From Macrostomum lignano (taxonomy: Eukaryota), in NCBI GenBank assembly GCA_002269645.1, contig NIVC01000832.1:62001-126000 (forward strand): a stretch of 64,000 nucleotides of DNA, given 5' to 3'. Shown in pieces: positions 45,621 to 58,000 of this stretch (its first letter is position 1; every line of letters begins with the position of its first letter). The notes beneath the pieces were generated by a model. The model was not told the origin of the DNA, did no database searches, and was given only the letters and a program-made list of their open reading frames with translations. A program made the translations under genes and the position numbers.

Positions 45621-48599
45621 AGGGAAATGTGGTTTACCACGTGCCACGTGCCACGATACATGTATGCTTGAGAATACTTGCACTGCCTGAAAAGTGTTGT
45701 TTTCAGGTTACTTAAAGTCTTCAATATTAACTTAAGGCATTAGTTATTAGTGCTGATATCCTAGCAGACGTTTCCGCGGCTCCAAGGTTCTTAGCCTTGC
45801 TCTTATTTCTCTTTATTTCACATTCTCACAGCGGGCTTTTAACCCAAGGCTGTTTTGCAGCTTCATTTAGTCCATAGATAAAACAAAACGCGTCAAACCG
45901 CATATGCAATTAAAATAATATCAATATTATAGTCACGTCATATCAAAAAGCTGTCAGTCTGCCAGCTGCAAGGAAAATAAAATTGTCAGTCAGTGGGAGG
46001 CCGCGCCTACAACTGACCCGGTGAGCCATGACAACATATTTCAGCGGGGCTCCGCCGATGACCGGCCCGGCGTCTACGCTTGGCCGAGAGCTGCGCCGGG
46101 TCGTTGTCTATAGTCTCAGCCGGTCGGCGGGCTGGACGTCCTGAGCCCAACCGGCAGGCCTGCAGGTCCGTGCGCAGCTGGGGCGGCGGCGGGCCGTCCT
46201 GCGCCAGTCAAGTCCTGGCGTGCCAGAAGAGGGCGTTTGCGGGAGCCCATTCGGTAGCCGGAGTCCGGCTGGCGCGGATGAATACGACGGCTGACAATTT
46301 CGATTGCCAGCCGGCGGACTGCCAGCGTGGCCCGGGAGAACCCGGCCTCCTGTCTAGGCCGGGTTCTCGCGGAGCTCACCGTTGCCGACTTCTGCTTCGA
46401 GCACGTCGAGCAGCCCGGTGGCGAGGCGCTGCGCCTCAGCCATATCGGCCTCGTCGAGAGTCGGCGTGCGCGGGGGAGGGGCTGGCCGCAAACACGCTAC
46501 AACCGGTCGGTGCCTCGGTACTCCAGCCGCCAATCACGGGGTTTCCCAGTGGACGCGGCATGTCTGTTGGGGTGACGGTTTCTGTGTCCTGGTCGAGGGA
46601 CGGGGCCTCGTCGGCGGTCCTCGCTGACACAGCGGCCATTCGTCTGATGGCAATGGGGCTATTAGGCGGCGTCGGAGCAGCTCGCATTCGATCCAGCAGA
46701 CGCTCTAGCTCCAATTTAAAAGACTCCAGTTTGGCTTGCTGGTTTCGTGAAATCAAATTGATGCAAACTCTCGGCGCAGCGGCCCAAAGAGAGGGAGACG
46801 ACTCGGATTCCATCCCAGATGGTGGGGCTGGCCTTTTATACTTAGCCGGATTTCACTCGGTGGAAAACAGTTTCCCACCAAGTGTAAAGAATATTACACC
46901 GAGTGGAAAGGAATAGATTGGGGGGCTCGTGATAAAAGTGCCCGAGACAATAAACAGACGCAAACTGTGGCCGTTTAATAAACGATAACATTATTTAAAA
47001 TCAAAGCGGGCGGAGCTCAATGCCCTTAAAGTAAAAGGGCGTTAACTGAGAGAGCTGGCCACTGAAGGTCATAAAACTGATAATCATCCCCGCGAGAAAT
47101 AGCTGGAGATGTTAACATGACAAAGCACTGACCAGGAGTAAGATACTTGGGCTAGGGGAGAAACTTAAAGACATTAGATTGTGAAAAATTGGGGAGGGCC
47201 TCCCTAGCGCTTAAGTGGCCTCCTTACAACCGCATGGGCTCAAAAGGAGGCCGGCCTCGCACAGGCTAATGCAGAGGCCTTAAGGCTTACAGAGAGCAGG
47301 GACGAAAAGGGGGGCGCAGCTTGTGATTCGGGACCAAGCGGAATCAGTTACAGTACAAATTGGAGAGAGAGAAATTTCTTGTACTTGCACCAAGAGGAAC
47401 GCGAACGGCGCCAGCCTCGCACAAGTGAAGTGCTGGGAGGCCTTACGGCGTAAGTTGGTTAGGACAGCAAAATTGAGAAAATGAAGATAAATCGCTGTGA
47501 CGAAACATGTCTAAAAATTTCTACCTGTACCTCGAAGAAAGAATCCTGTCAAGCAGTGCTTTCTGGGCCTCCTGGCCCAGATTTCCTGGCATCTACCACT
47601 TCTAAGATGCAAAATGAGCTCTGAAGTCTTCTGTGACTGAAGAGTAATCACGAAGATGAAAAACAATTGCCATAAAAGTATGGTTGACTGAGCAAATCCC
47701 GTTCAGATAGACGTCTACTGGTTCGTAGCGTCCTGGCCATCTCGTGTAACTGCTTACCACATTGGTGTTTGCCAGCAGAATACCTTCGGCAAATCTTCCG
47801 AGTCCGCTGCTCGCTGCGTTTGCCTGAAATAGTTGCCGAATGGAAAACACTTTGCAGTGGAACCCTTCGAGCGCTGCTTATTTTCGATTGAAGATCTGGT
47901 GACTCGAACAAAATCATCTGGGAAGGCGTTACGTACTGTTGTCAACACTGATTGCCTTTCTTGGCCGTACGTTGGAAGCAGTAGATTTTGCTTTGTCACT
48001 GTTTTCTTTTCCATGGGTAACAGACGCTACAGTGACTTCATCAGCAAAGGCACGGCTGCTTGCAGGAGTGTTACGAGTAGCAGCGTTCGTAGATGTACTG
48101 CTGGTTCCCCGTTGACACGCCACACTACCGTCTCTGAAATACTTTTTAACTGGAAAATGCATCGAATCACACGGATGACTAGTTCTTTTGTTTGTAACAG
48201 AGCATTGTAAGGCTTGCGAAAACGCTATCCTGGAAGGAGTTCTGAATCGGGGTGAGTATGGAACGTGCGCGCCCATCGAATCGGCAGAGCCTGACGCTCG
48301 CGAGACGTGATGTGGCGCAGCAGGCTCCTGCGCGCCCATCGAATCGCTAGAGGCTGTCGCTCGAGAAGACGCGTGAAGTAGCACTAAAGGATAGTCGGCT
48401 GAAGCAGCGGCAAGCATGCAGCGTTGAGCACAGAGACGTTTCTTCCGACCTATTTGCTGGTCTGGCTAGCCTATACTTAAGACAGCCCCTTTCTTACAAT
48501 TTTAAATGTAAGAAAAATTATGCTATTAAACGGTATTTGAGGGAGGCAATGCCCCCCAACTCAATGTCAGGGGGGCAGCTGCCCCCCCCTGTTCCGCAG

Positions 48600-48880
48600 C
48601 GCTTGTTAGTTAGTGAAATGCTGTATCTAGTAGTCTAATGAATAGATAAAGATTCCAAAAAACAAGAAACAGAGTTTTTTCTAGTTGTTGCTAAACAATT
48701 AAGTAAGTACTAGCTAGTGAAATGCTGTAGCTTGTAGTCTAATGAAGATAGAGATTCCAAAAGCAACAGGAAAAACGATCTTTTCTGGTTTTTGCTGTTG
48801 TTAAATAATTAAGTACTAGTTAGTCAAATGCTGTAGCTAGTAGTCTAATGAAGATACAGATTTCAAAATAAACAAGAAAC
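48600..48880. repeat. About 105-bp tandem repeat, 3 units
   Basis: ttagtgaaatgctgta..tagtctaatgaa..gattccaaa recurs three times. Confidence 0.8.
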
Positions 48881-49590
48881 ACTTTTTCATCACAGGATAA
48901 ATCTTTACTCAGAAATTCATTGACAAATGATGGCGGTTTATTGATAGAGATAGCAACTCTCGGGTAGTAGAACACTGCATGCGAGAAGGGCAGTTCGCAT
49001 TACTACGGGTGATTTCCTCAACTGCCCAGCAACATGCACCTCAGAAGCACACGAGCAAATAATAACAGTACCATTAGGACGCTGCACAACCAAACCGTTA
49101 TCCTGCAGCTCAGAGCACTGAAGAAAGTAGCTGGCTCGAGCCCGGGCAACATCTACGTTGGACTTGGCATCAGACGCTCGTTTGAGAGAATCAAGTAACG
49201 CACAGCTACTAGCAGAGCAAATTTCCAATGACGATTTAAACGCCCCAGACTCTCGATAAGCGAACATTAAAGCAGTCAGAAGGTTATCAGCAGAACATAC
49301 TTGAAACACACCGACGCGAGTCACATCTGCATTTAGTGGAAAATCAGAAACCCATCCAGAGTTCTTTAACAACACTAAGCCATTCGCTTTTGAAAAGCGA
49401 ACGTCGCTTAAACTAGCATTGTTGCCTGGGCTTGTCTCTGTGTATCGCGCAAAACGATTGGAACGTCTCTTTTTGTGAAGAACTGGCTCTACAGGTGCTT
49501 GCACTTCTGAGACTTCTTCGACGTTGCTCATGCTGCAGAAAACGCATCGCTTCTGTCTTCGGTTAGCTATCGAATTTTATTCTAATACTC

Positions 49591-49845
49591 GTCATTGAAT
49601 TAGATGCTGCAGCTGATCCGATTGCTGTCGTAGATTCGGTGGCAGTCGCTGGTCCGGTTGTCATTGAATTAGATGCTGCAGCTGATCCGATTGCTGTCGT
49701 AGATTCGGTGGCAGTCGCTGGTCCGGTTGTCATTGAATTAGATGCTGCAGCTGATCCGATTGCTGTCGTAGATTCGGTGGCAGTCGCTGGTCCGGTTGTC
49801 ATTGAATTAGATGCTGCAGCTGATCCGACTGCTGTCGTAGATTCC
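49591..49845. repeat. 69-bp tandem repeat (Ser/Thr/Ala-rich 23-aa unit on minus strand)
   Basis: gtcattgaattagatgctgcagctgatccg... with period 69, about 3.7 units. Confidence 0.95.
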
Positions 49846-49928
49846 ATCCATTACAGGTCTTTTCTCTGTAGTACAAGTATGCATGGGCAGCATCACCTTT
49901 TTTACTGCTCCTCTTACTCAGACAGCAA

Positions 49929-50298
49929 GGGGGGCCGTAGCCCAGCGGTAGCGCAGCTGCTCTGGTATGCCAGCGACCCTGGCTCGATTCCAAGTGCAGT
50001 CACATTAATTTGGGGCTGAATTGGAATCTCGGCTTGGCTCTGCTCGTGCAATTAACGGCCTTGAGAGCCAACCCCCCAAGGCGCAGTGAAGTGTACATGC
50101 CTAACGATAATATAAAGTTAGGGCCGCTGTACACTCCTGTGTGAGTGTGTGCCTGCGTACGTATCCGCGCGCTTGTATGCCTGCTCAGGGGAGTCGGCGG
50201 AATGGGCAGTAATGCCTCTCGCCGGTTGTGTGCCTATGTCGCTTAAAGTGCTCCAGGGTGCACACAACCCCCCTGCCTCTAATAAAAAAATAATAATA
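49929..50298 (+). mobile_element. tRNA-derived SINE
   Basis: A box tagcccagcggtag, B box ggctcgattcc, A/TAA-rich tail at 50281-50298. Confidence 0.65.
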
Positions 50299-50596
50299 CT
50301 CAGACAGCAAGGCTCAACTAACGATCTGAAGAAGGAACAACAAGCTGATGCCAGTCTGGTCTCAATCCTCCATCTGGTAAGCGTAAAGCTAAAGTACGAG
50401 TAATTGATTCTGGAAGTTTTACCTTGAATGATGGCACTTCTGAAGGTTCAAAAACCGAAGTCGAAGTGGCGTCTAAATTTTGCATTCTATAGTGTTATCC
50501 TAGAAAGTTTTGTATTTTTTAATTGGCATAAATAATCGATTTTCTGAAGATATTCCAGGTGTTGCCATGCCAACACAAAGCTAGCTCTCTTGGACG

Positions 50597-50971
50597 CAGT
50601 GGCGTAGCTAGGATTTTGAAAAGGGGGGATAACTTTAGGGACGAAATTGTGGACTAAGAAAAAGTTTATTGCAATATTTTACTTACAATATGCCTTTAAA
50701 AATACCAAAACCATGTTTTAGGCTAAAGACTTTACTTTGTTAAAATCAGAATAAAGCCGGCAGACGTCTGTCTTGATTACGGCATTTTAGGAATTAGGGA
50801 TTCGCGGAAATATCGTTTAAAACATTTGAATAGTAGTTTACGAGTAAAATACACCAATTTTAGGCAATTTTGCTAAATCTAAGCCACTTTATTTTGCATT
50901 TTTTCATAAAACCTCATTTTCGTTTCCTAAAATGGGGGATATATCCCGTATCCCCCCTACCTACGCTACTG
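50597..50971. mobile_element. hAT-type MITE (375 bp)
   Basis: TIRs cagtggcgtagctagg / cctacctacgctactg; 8-bp target duplication cttggacg / cttgggcg. Confidence 0.88.
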
Positions 50972-51790
50972 CTTGGGCGTATAAAATACGTAGTTTTTTA
51001 GTATTTTAAATACGTATCTACAGCGTCACGAATTTTCGTAATTGAATAATTGGCTGTATAAATTTTTCGCTCCTAAACTAAATTTGTGCTACTTTTTGTA
51101 GCACTGAAGGTGATTTTGAATGTTTGGGTCATAAACGATGTTGACAATATTGGAGCAAAAATGGGTTAATTTTGTGACGTCCTAGCAACCTTACAGATGC
51201 GTTCAAAGTTTATGCGGGATCAGTACTTAGTGGGACTCATGCATCTCCATGAAAACTAATAGAGCTAAACCATTTTTTTCAAATATTCAGGGCTGAAGCG
51301 CTGAGCTGAGCCCTGGTGTCCTGCGCTCTCAAGAAGTACATAATTCAACTTTGCATAATAATACCTTCTAACAATACTGTTCGCTCGCACAAATCTAATT
51401 TTTTTTCAATACACTTGTGAAACACTTTGTTTAAAATTATTGGAGTAGAATGCAACTGGCTATTGAAACGCTGTTAAGTACAAGAGAGAATACTCAAATA
51501 ATGCTTTTTACTACATTCGTTTACTGTATTTGTAAGCTCAGGCAAAATGAATATAATAGTTTCCACTGACAAAATCTGTCAATATACTTCTATTCAAATA
51601 AGGCAGCCGGATTAGCACTGCTGGGCAATAAATTCCTGCATTAAGCTCTGCCAGCCCCAAGCACGTCAGGAAGAGCTCCGCTCTCAACCTCTGCCCACGC
51701 AAGCGGCAATAATACGTTGAATAGTGTTTTGGGGGGACAAGAATCCCCACGTAGATTAGAGGGGGGATTGTCGAGAAGACAATCGCGTGT

Positions 51791-51830
51791 GTATAAAGGG
51801 AAATTCAGCACAGCAGTTGATTTCATTTGC
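51791..51830 (+). promoter_or_regulatory. Candidate TATA/Inr core promoter of the tetraspanin
   Basis: TATAAA at 51792 and an Inr-like TCATTT about 30 nt downstream, about 60 nt before the ATG. Confidence 0.45.
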
Positions 51831-51886
51831 CTTTCTCGTAGCCTAGCTGAGGGAGACACGATCGATCGTGGAGCGAGGAGCAGAGA

Positions 51887-53346
51887 ATGTACCTCGTTCT
51901 GTACAATGTGGCCTGTTTTGCCATCGGCTTTTTGCTGGTCATTTGCGGCTTCTTCTTAACGGGACAGAAGGACCAGCTGTATGACATATATGGCTGCACC
52001 TTCCCTATGTCGCTTTTGATTGTCATAACGGCTGCCATTGCCATCACTGCGGTGGCATCCGACAGCGCCTACCATCAGAGCGGAGTTCGAATTGGAGGCT
52101 TTCAGGTGAGGCATTTGCTCATGTTCGACCCCCACAAGCATTGGCAGCGATGTTTATAAAGTGACTTGACAGGATTTAAATAAATTGCACAGCTATAATC
52201 TAACATGAAATTGAGGCTACAACAGGCTACAACATGAGGTTGTAGCCTTGTGGTTAAAGCGTCGACTCACGACTTAAAGGTCGGATGTTCGATTCCCTAT
52301 CCCACTGAAACAATTTGTGTCTTTGAGCAAGACACTTAACTCTGCATTGCTTCAGCTCAACCAGCTGTAAAATGGGTGCCAGCATTAGCTGCGGTAATTA
52401 AGGGTCCTTGGACTGAACAGCGGTACGCAGCTTCAGATGAGCCGCGCAAATAGCTGCGCCTGAGTTGTCGGTTGCACATCTGGCCCAATTGGAGCAGGTG
52501 CAATCAGTTGTTATTAATATTATTATGGTCACAATAGTTCAACTCATTGGGACTAAGACTCTAATAATATAATAAGACCGCCGTATCTTGCAGTCAATTA
52601 TGAGGGTCTTCAACTTACTATGGGTACGCAAAGATATTTGTTTCATAGTTTTATAGCAACAACGCATAACGCCTAGCTCATGAAAGCTACGCGTTATGCG
52701 AGTAAACTCTGCAAATTTTTTCTTGCATATTGAATATGTGGATTTTGTTATTGCACAAAAGTATGCTATTTGAATCTCGATCGCTACATGTAGACAACGC
52801 GCTCCTCACCCCAACTGGCCTTCCCAGACTCTCATTCTCGTCTTGGCTATCCTGCTGCTACTCAGCATGGAGATCTCCGGCTTTCTAGCCGGCTTCGTCA
52901 TGCAGGCCCAGGTGGAGAAGGAGGCGAGGCAGAAGTTTCTGGCCGAGATGCGAGCCTACTCCACTTCTAACGGGACCGGTGATGCCAAACAGTGGATCGA
53001 TCTCACCCAGCAGGCCCTCGGCTGCTGCGGAATCGACTCGCCTAAAGACTGGCTGGCCTTTGAAGCTCAGCCGCCTGCCAGTTGCTGCGCAGGCAAAGTT
53101 GCCGATTGTGCCAGCCCGTTTCCTGTCGGTTGCGCTGCCCAGATTCACGCCTGGCTGTCCACCGAACTGCGCGCCTACTCCCTATGCTGCTTGGGCGCCG
53201 CCGCGCTGCAGATCTGCGGTCTTGGCGCCATTTTTGCTAGACGAAACCGACAAAGAATCGCCGCGGCGACGGCGGCTGTTGCGGCGGCGTCAGCGTCTGC
53301 TTATGGAAGATTTGGAGAGGCCGCGAGTAGCGTGGTGGTGCGGTAG
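51887..53346 (+). CDS. Tetraspanin (exons 51887-52105 and 52828-53346, about 245 aa)
   Basis: Four hydrophobic helices; large loop with GCCG, DW, PASCC and terminal GC. The phase-0 intron CAG|GTGAGG ... TTCCCAG|ACT keeps the frame. Confidence 0.93.
52238..52527 (+). mobile_element. tRNA-derived CORE-type SINE in the tetraspanin intron
   Basis: A box tagccttgtggtta, B box gttcgattcc; tgtgtctttgagcaagacacttaac...ctgtaaaatggg resembles the MIR CORE; TTA-rich tail. Confidence 0.75.
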
Positions 53347-54665
53347 GGCTCTTACTGACGAGACAAGGTTACATACTCGATCAATTGAATCACGCATAGA
53401 TGCATACTCAACCAAGCTGACTTAGTTATAGTGTTACCTCCTGTTGTTATCAGAGCCTAATCATCATACTCACAGCTGCATGTATCTGCTTAAGTGGCCC
53501 CGTACGATAATATTGTTTTTTTTTCAGTCTAAGTAGAACTCGAAGTGCAAATCGTGGATCATTTTTATCTGTTTGAGGCAGCAGGCCAGAGGCAAACAAG
53601 TTGTCATCTAAAATCGAAAGAAAGTAATTACGCGTTTGAGTTTTTAACTGAGACAACAGTACGCAAAAAATCAGATAAATGGTAGTATAGATTTCTTCAA
53701 CTGATCACCAGCAAATCGTTGCAGCCCTAGAAAAGATTTATCAGACTGTTTCAAAATTTCGTAGTTGGTGCAATGAAGTAAATAGCGAGACCCCTCTCTA
53801 GAAAAATACCCAGAAGGTTGTTTCCTTCTTTGGATTGTGTTTAAAACTCAATCTTTCCTACTATTCTTAAGTTTAGTTCCATTTAGGCTGACAACTTTTT
53901 CTGTCCATGACCTGCTCTCTCGAACTAATTCCAGCTCTTGGCCACACAATCGAACGGTCCGTTGTATTTCCACACGCATAGCTGGACCAAAGCAGTAGTT
54001 TTTTATTTAGTTGTTGCTCGAACTTTCTTTTGCGCCGATTCGCCATGATTGTTTACTGGGTGACTTTGTACACAACACAATATTGAATACCTTCGAAACC
54101 ATGTCATGTCTTCCATTTTAAAACAGTATCTTCGCTTGCACCCCAGTCAGGTCTCCAATCAGATGCACACACCTATTTGATAATTTGTACCCTAGTTACA
54201 TGTACGACATGCGCATCACATTGTTTTCATTTGCAGTTGATTTCGGATTACTTGCTTACTACTCGTACAACATGGGACAAGAGAAGTCTGCCAAACTTAT
54301 AATAGACGTTTTAATACAGCGTTTTTATTATTATATTCACTTGTTTAATCACGTCTGGAATAAAACTGCGCAAGCATCCCAGAGTTTTCGGTTGCTTTTT
54401 CAGCATTTTTCATCATTATTATATATTTAAACTTGAGAAAATATTATCTAAAATTTGCATTTTTGCGCACACAGTTTAGTAGCAACCTGCGTCGAGTCAC
54501 GGGACCTCGTCTGTAATTCAACAAGCGAATTCGAATTATTTGCAATCAGCTCTGTACAGGATGCCCTTCATGCGTTCTGTTTTTTGGCTACTAAAAGTAG
54601 AAATATGACGATGCAAACGTCTGAATCATAATTAAGGTCAAGAAATAAATGGTTTGGACAGAATT

Positions 54666-55057
54666 TCAGTCTCTGTGCGGCAGCAGCGGCTGGGTTCCTC
54701 GGTCGTCGACTTCCTCGTCGGAGTCCTGGCGCAAAATCGATGAGTCTTGAGGCCGCACCAGCTGAGGCGATCGGGCTGCTGGCGATGCCCGAGGCGGGGG
54801 ACTTTGGGACCCACTGGCGGGCGTTGATCTGGGATTCTGTGGTGCCAGCCGGTCCCTGAATAGGCTGGTGAGCAGGTCTAGTCTGTCGTGAAGCTTTGCT
54901 AGGCTGTCCTTGAGCTCGGAGACTTCGGAGCGCAGATGTCGGAGCTCGCCTTGGTGATAAGGCAACGGCACCGAGGGCTCGCTAGATTTCAGTGACAGTC
55001 CAGACGTTGAGTGGTGCAGCGATTGGCTTCCAGAGGCGCTGAGCTGCGATAGGTCGC
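54666..55057 (-). CDS. elk: KCNH last exon (tetramerising coiled coil)
   Basis: [26 protein letters not shown]; acceptor CTTACCAG; stop TGA at 54666. Confidence 0.8.
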
Positions 55058-58000
55058 CTGGTAAGTGTTTTTTATAAAAGCATTTAGCTGTAGAACCACT
55101 GCGAATTCGGGGACACCTTCTTTTCAACCATAAGTCTTCCAAAAAAATTAATAGTGCTGCATTTTTTGAAAGCCTCTCGAATGCTTTGACTTATTAGTTT
55201 TACCGCACGTATGCGTCAGCTGCGCCACGGAACAGAGGAGGCAGTGCCTCAGCTACCCATGACATTGAGATAAGGGCATTTCAGATGACTGAGAGGAAGG
55301 AGATTAGGGTGTGTTAGCTGCTACCCTATCAAATGCACTGCAAAGATAAAAACAAAGTGACTTAAAATGTCTTGCAAAACAAGCTTTAGCAAATAGATTT
55401 AGTCTGTACAGTCTGTAGTAGTTAGACAGAAGTAGTAGACGCGTGTAATAAGCTGAGTTTAGTTAAAGAAGGAACCAAATGAAATAATGCTTCGTCATTT
55501 TTATGTTTCTCCTATGATTTTCTAAATAAAAGAGCTTTGTAAAAGCTTATGAAGTGATGAAACAGGCATGTCGTGCGAAATTGTCGGCACTTGATTTTTA
55601 GTCCTGCCTATTTTTACAGGCCAGCCCCTAAAAAACCATTTTCAAAGAAACGAAGTTTGGCGCTCACTGGCTGAGCCGCTCGGCTTTTTTAGAATGCTGG
55701 CCAGCGGGTAACTAGCGGGCCCGCTCGGGTTGATGGGTGCCGGGGCGCCCTCCAAGGGCGGCAGCTCAACGCCGGAGGTTTGCAGTCGCACCCTCATCGA
55801 GCTGCTCCTGGGCTGCTGGCGGACGAATCTTGGATAGTTTTGCTGGCCCGCTGCGGCATCCTCCATGTCCGACACTGAGGATACGGACGGCGTGGGTGTT
55901 GCCAGGCCGCCGCCAAAGCTGGTCTCTGACGGTGCGGTCAGACTCCCCGAAGTCGCCGCGGCCGCCGCCGCCGCAGCGGCAGCCGCTGTAATTCGCTTTC
56001 TTCTCATGTTGACCAACTCAGTTGCTGACGGGGCGCTTGGCAGACTGACGGGGCCGCCCGGTTCGTGCGGCGAAAAATATCTGAAGGGCGGTTGAGCACT
56101 GGAAAATTGATTGATTATTGTCGTTTATTACCGTGATCTTGGGGACATCCTACGGTACTTCTTAGACATCAGAATGATTCTGCTTGGACACACGTACCGG
56201 CCTGTTAGATAGCCGCACGACTTTCTCTGGCTCACCAATCGACCTATGGCCATAAGATGCCATACTAAAACAGTTAGTAACAATTAGTTGACATGTAAAA
56301 CACCAGAGCTAGCCTGTATTTCAAACTCGCATTCATCAATGGAAAAACAAAGGACACAAATTGTTATTTAAAGAAGGAAGCACACACGAGCTACGGCTAG
56401 AGAGCGAACCAAAGTTTGGTAAATATTAATTTAATATCGCTGCGCTTATGATAGCCAACAGACTGACTTAATTGACACCTGTAATCGGTTAGTAGAAAAT
56501 CAGTTCAAACTGGTCAGTCCATTTTGCTCATCATCTTGTAACGATCATTAAAATAGCTCGATTAATCGAATTAAACGACTCTCGGTTACTTTTATTAACT
56601 ATTAGTCCACCCGGCTACGTTGTGTCTAGAAAATAAAGGACGTTGCTGCCGTATAACAAAATAAACTGGCCGCTTCCCAATCGGGTTAACTGGATCGAAC
56701 AAAAGTAACTAAATGCTATATTGCGGCTTATAAGTCAACTACAGGAGGGCGAACGCAGTCGCAACACTCTGCTCTGTGCGCGCAATCGGTACCTGAATCC
56801 CACAGCGGGTGAGTTCGGTGACAGGTATCTCAGCTTGAGGTGGCTCTCGGCCAGCCTCTTCCACAAAGACCGACCTGTGCGTCTTTGTAAATTGGCGGCA
56901 GTTTGAGGGGGCGAGATTAGGAGACAACATCGGTGCGAAGCTTCAGGTATCTCTAAACGGTAATAAAAAATCTCATTTCACTTCAACAGTAGCGCTCACA
57001 GATCGTGTGCGAATTTCGCCGGAGGCAGACAGGAAGATTAACTCAAGTTTAATGGAAAAATATATAAAGTTAGAAATTGCAGCGAAAAAACCCGGCCTCC
57101 AGCAAAGTTTGCTCGATTTTGGAGCGTGGTGTGGAAAAATATTTCAATTTATTCATTACACTAAAAGTTAATTGGCTGTTCTGTCCCAACACACCACCTC
57201 TCGATCAAGTACGCCTCACCCTGACACTGAAATTCGTACCTTCGAGCAAATTTATTTTTCAAAAATTAATGCGAATGGAACATAACTATTTATGTTGCAA
57301 GCCGAAGCGTATTAACATAGCAAGCTGAACATAAATGTTTTTGTTACAATTTATGTAACAGACGTGAGAATGCTTGCGTGAATAAATAAAATAAAATAAA
57401 ATCATCCTGGAAAAGCACTGGCTTAATTAAGATTTGCGGCACGTAGGCTAGCAGAAGTAGCATATTAGGAGAAGTTAGGCTGTAAATTTGTTTTTTTCAG
57501 AACAAAACGAAAGCCTAACAAAATGACAGAAGCGCGGAATTCGTATCGAGAACTTCTAGTGCGCCTCGTGATCTCAAAAAGGGCAATAAAGTAATAAAAC
57601 TGTGCTGTAGAAATCAAAGAGTCGTTAAGGTGAATTAAGCCTCTATTTTGAGAGCCCCTCTTGTCCTTAACGAAGACTACACGAGGTTGTCCACTTCCGC
57701 AATAAAGCCGCTATGCTTCAAAGCAATCTCTGGGGGCCTGACTTTGACATATTTCGAGCAGAGTGTCTCGCAGACCGATCAGGTGAAGTGAGTAGTAAAA
57801 TTGTTAATTTTTAGTTTTCGTTTTGCTTAAAGTTTAATATGCTGAAAAAAGTGAGTTATAGAGTACCTGCTGAGTGTTATAAGCACACTCTGGCTCCAAC
57901 TGAAACAGAGTATCATTGCGATTTTTCAATATTTTTAGCAAATTCGACGTGTTAACTGATAAGAATTTTCACAGCTTTAAAATTACTTTTTTCGACAGCA

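Noticed and set aside
46080-46916. 278-aa protein
   Set aside because: GC-rich shadow ORF; the minus strand shows only a weak LINE C-terminus-like stretch.
49929-50000. tRNA gene
   Set aside because: A and B boxes are present, but the acceptor and anticodon stems are poor and a SINE body with tail follows.
52238-52310. tRNA gene
   Set aside because: No clean cloverleaf; it continues into a CORE domain, so it is a SINE head.
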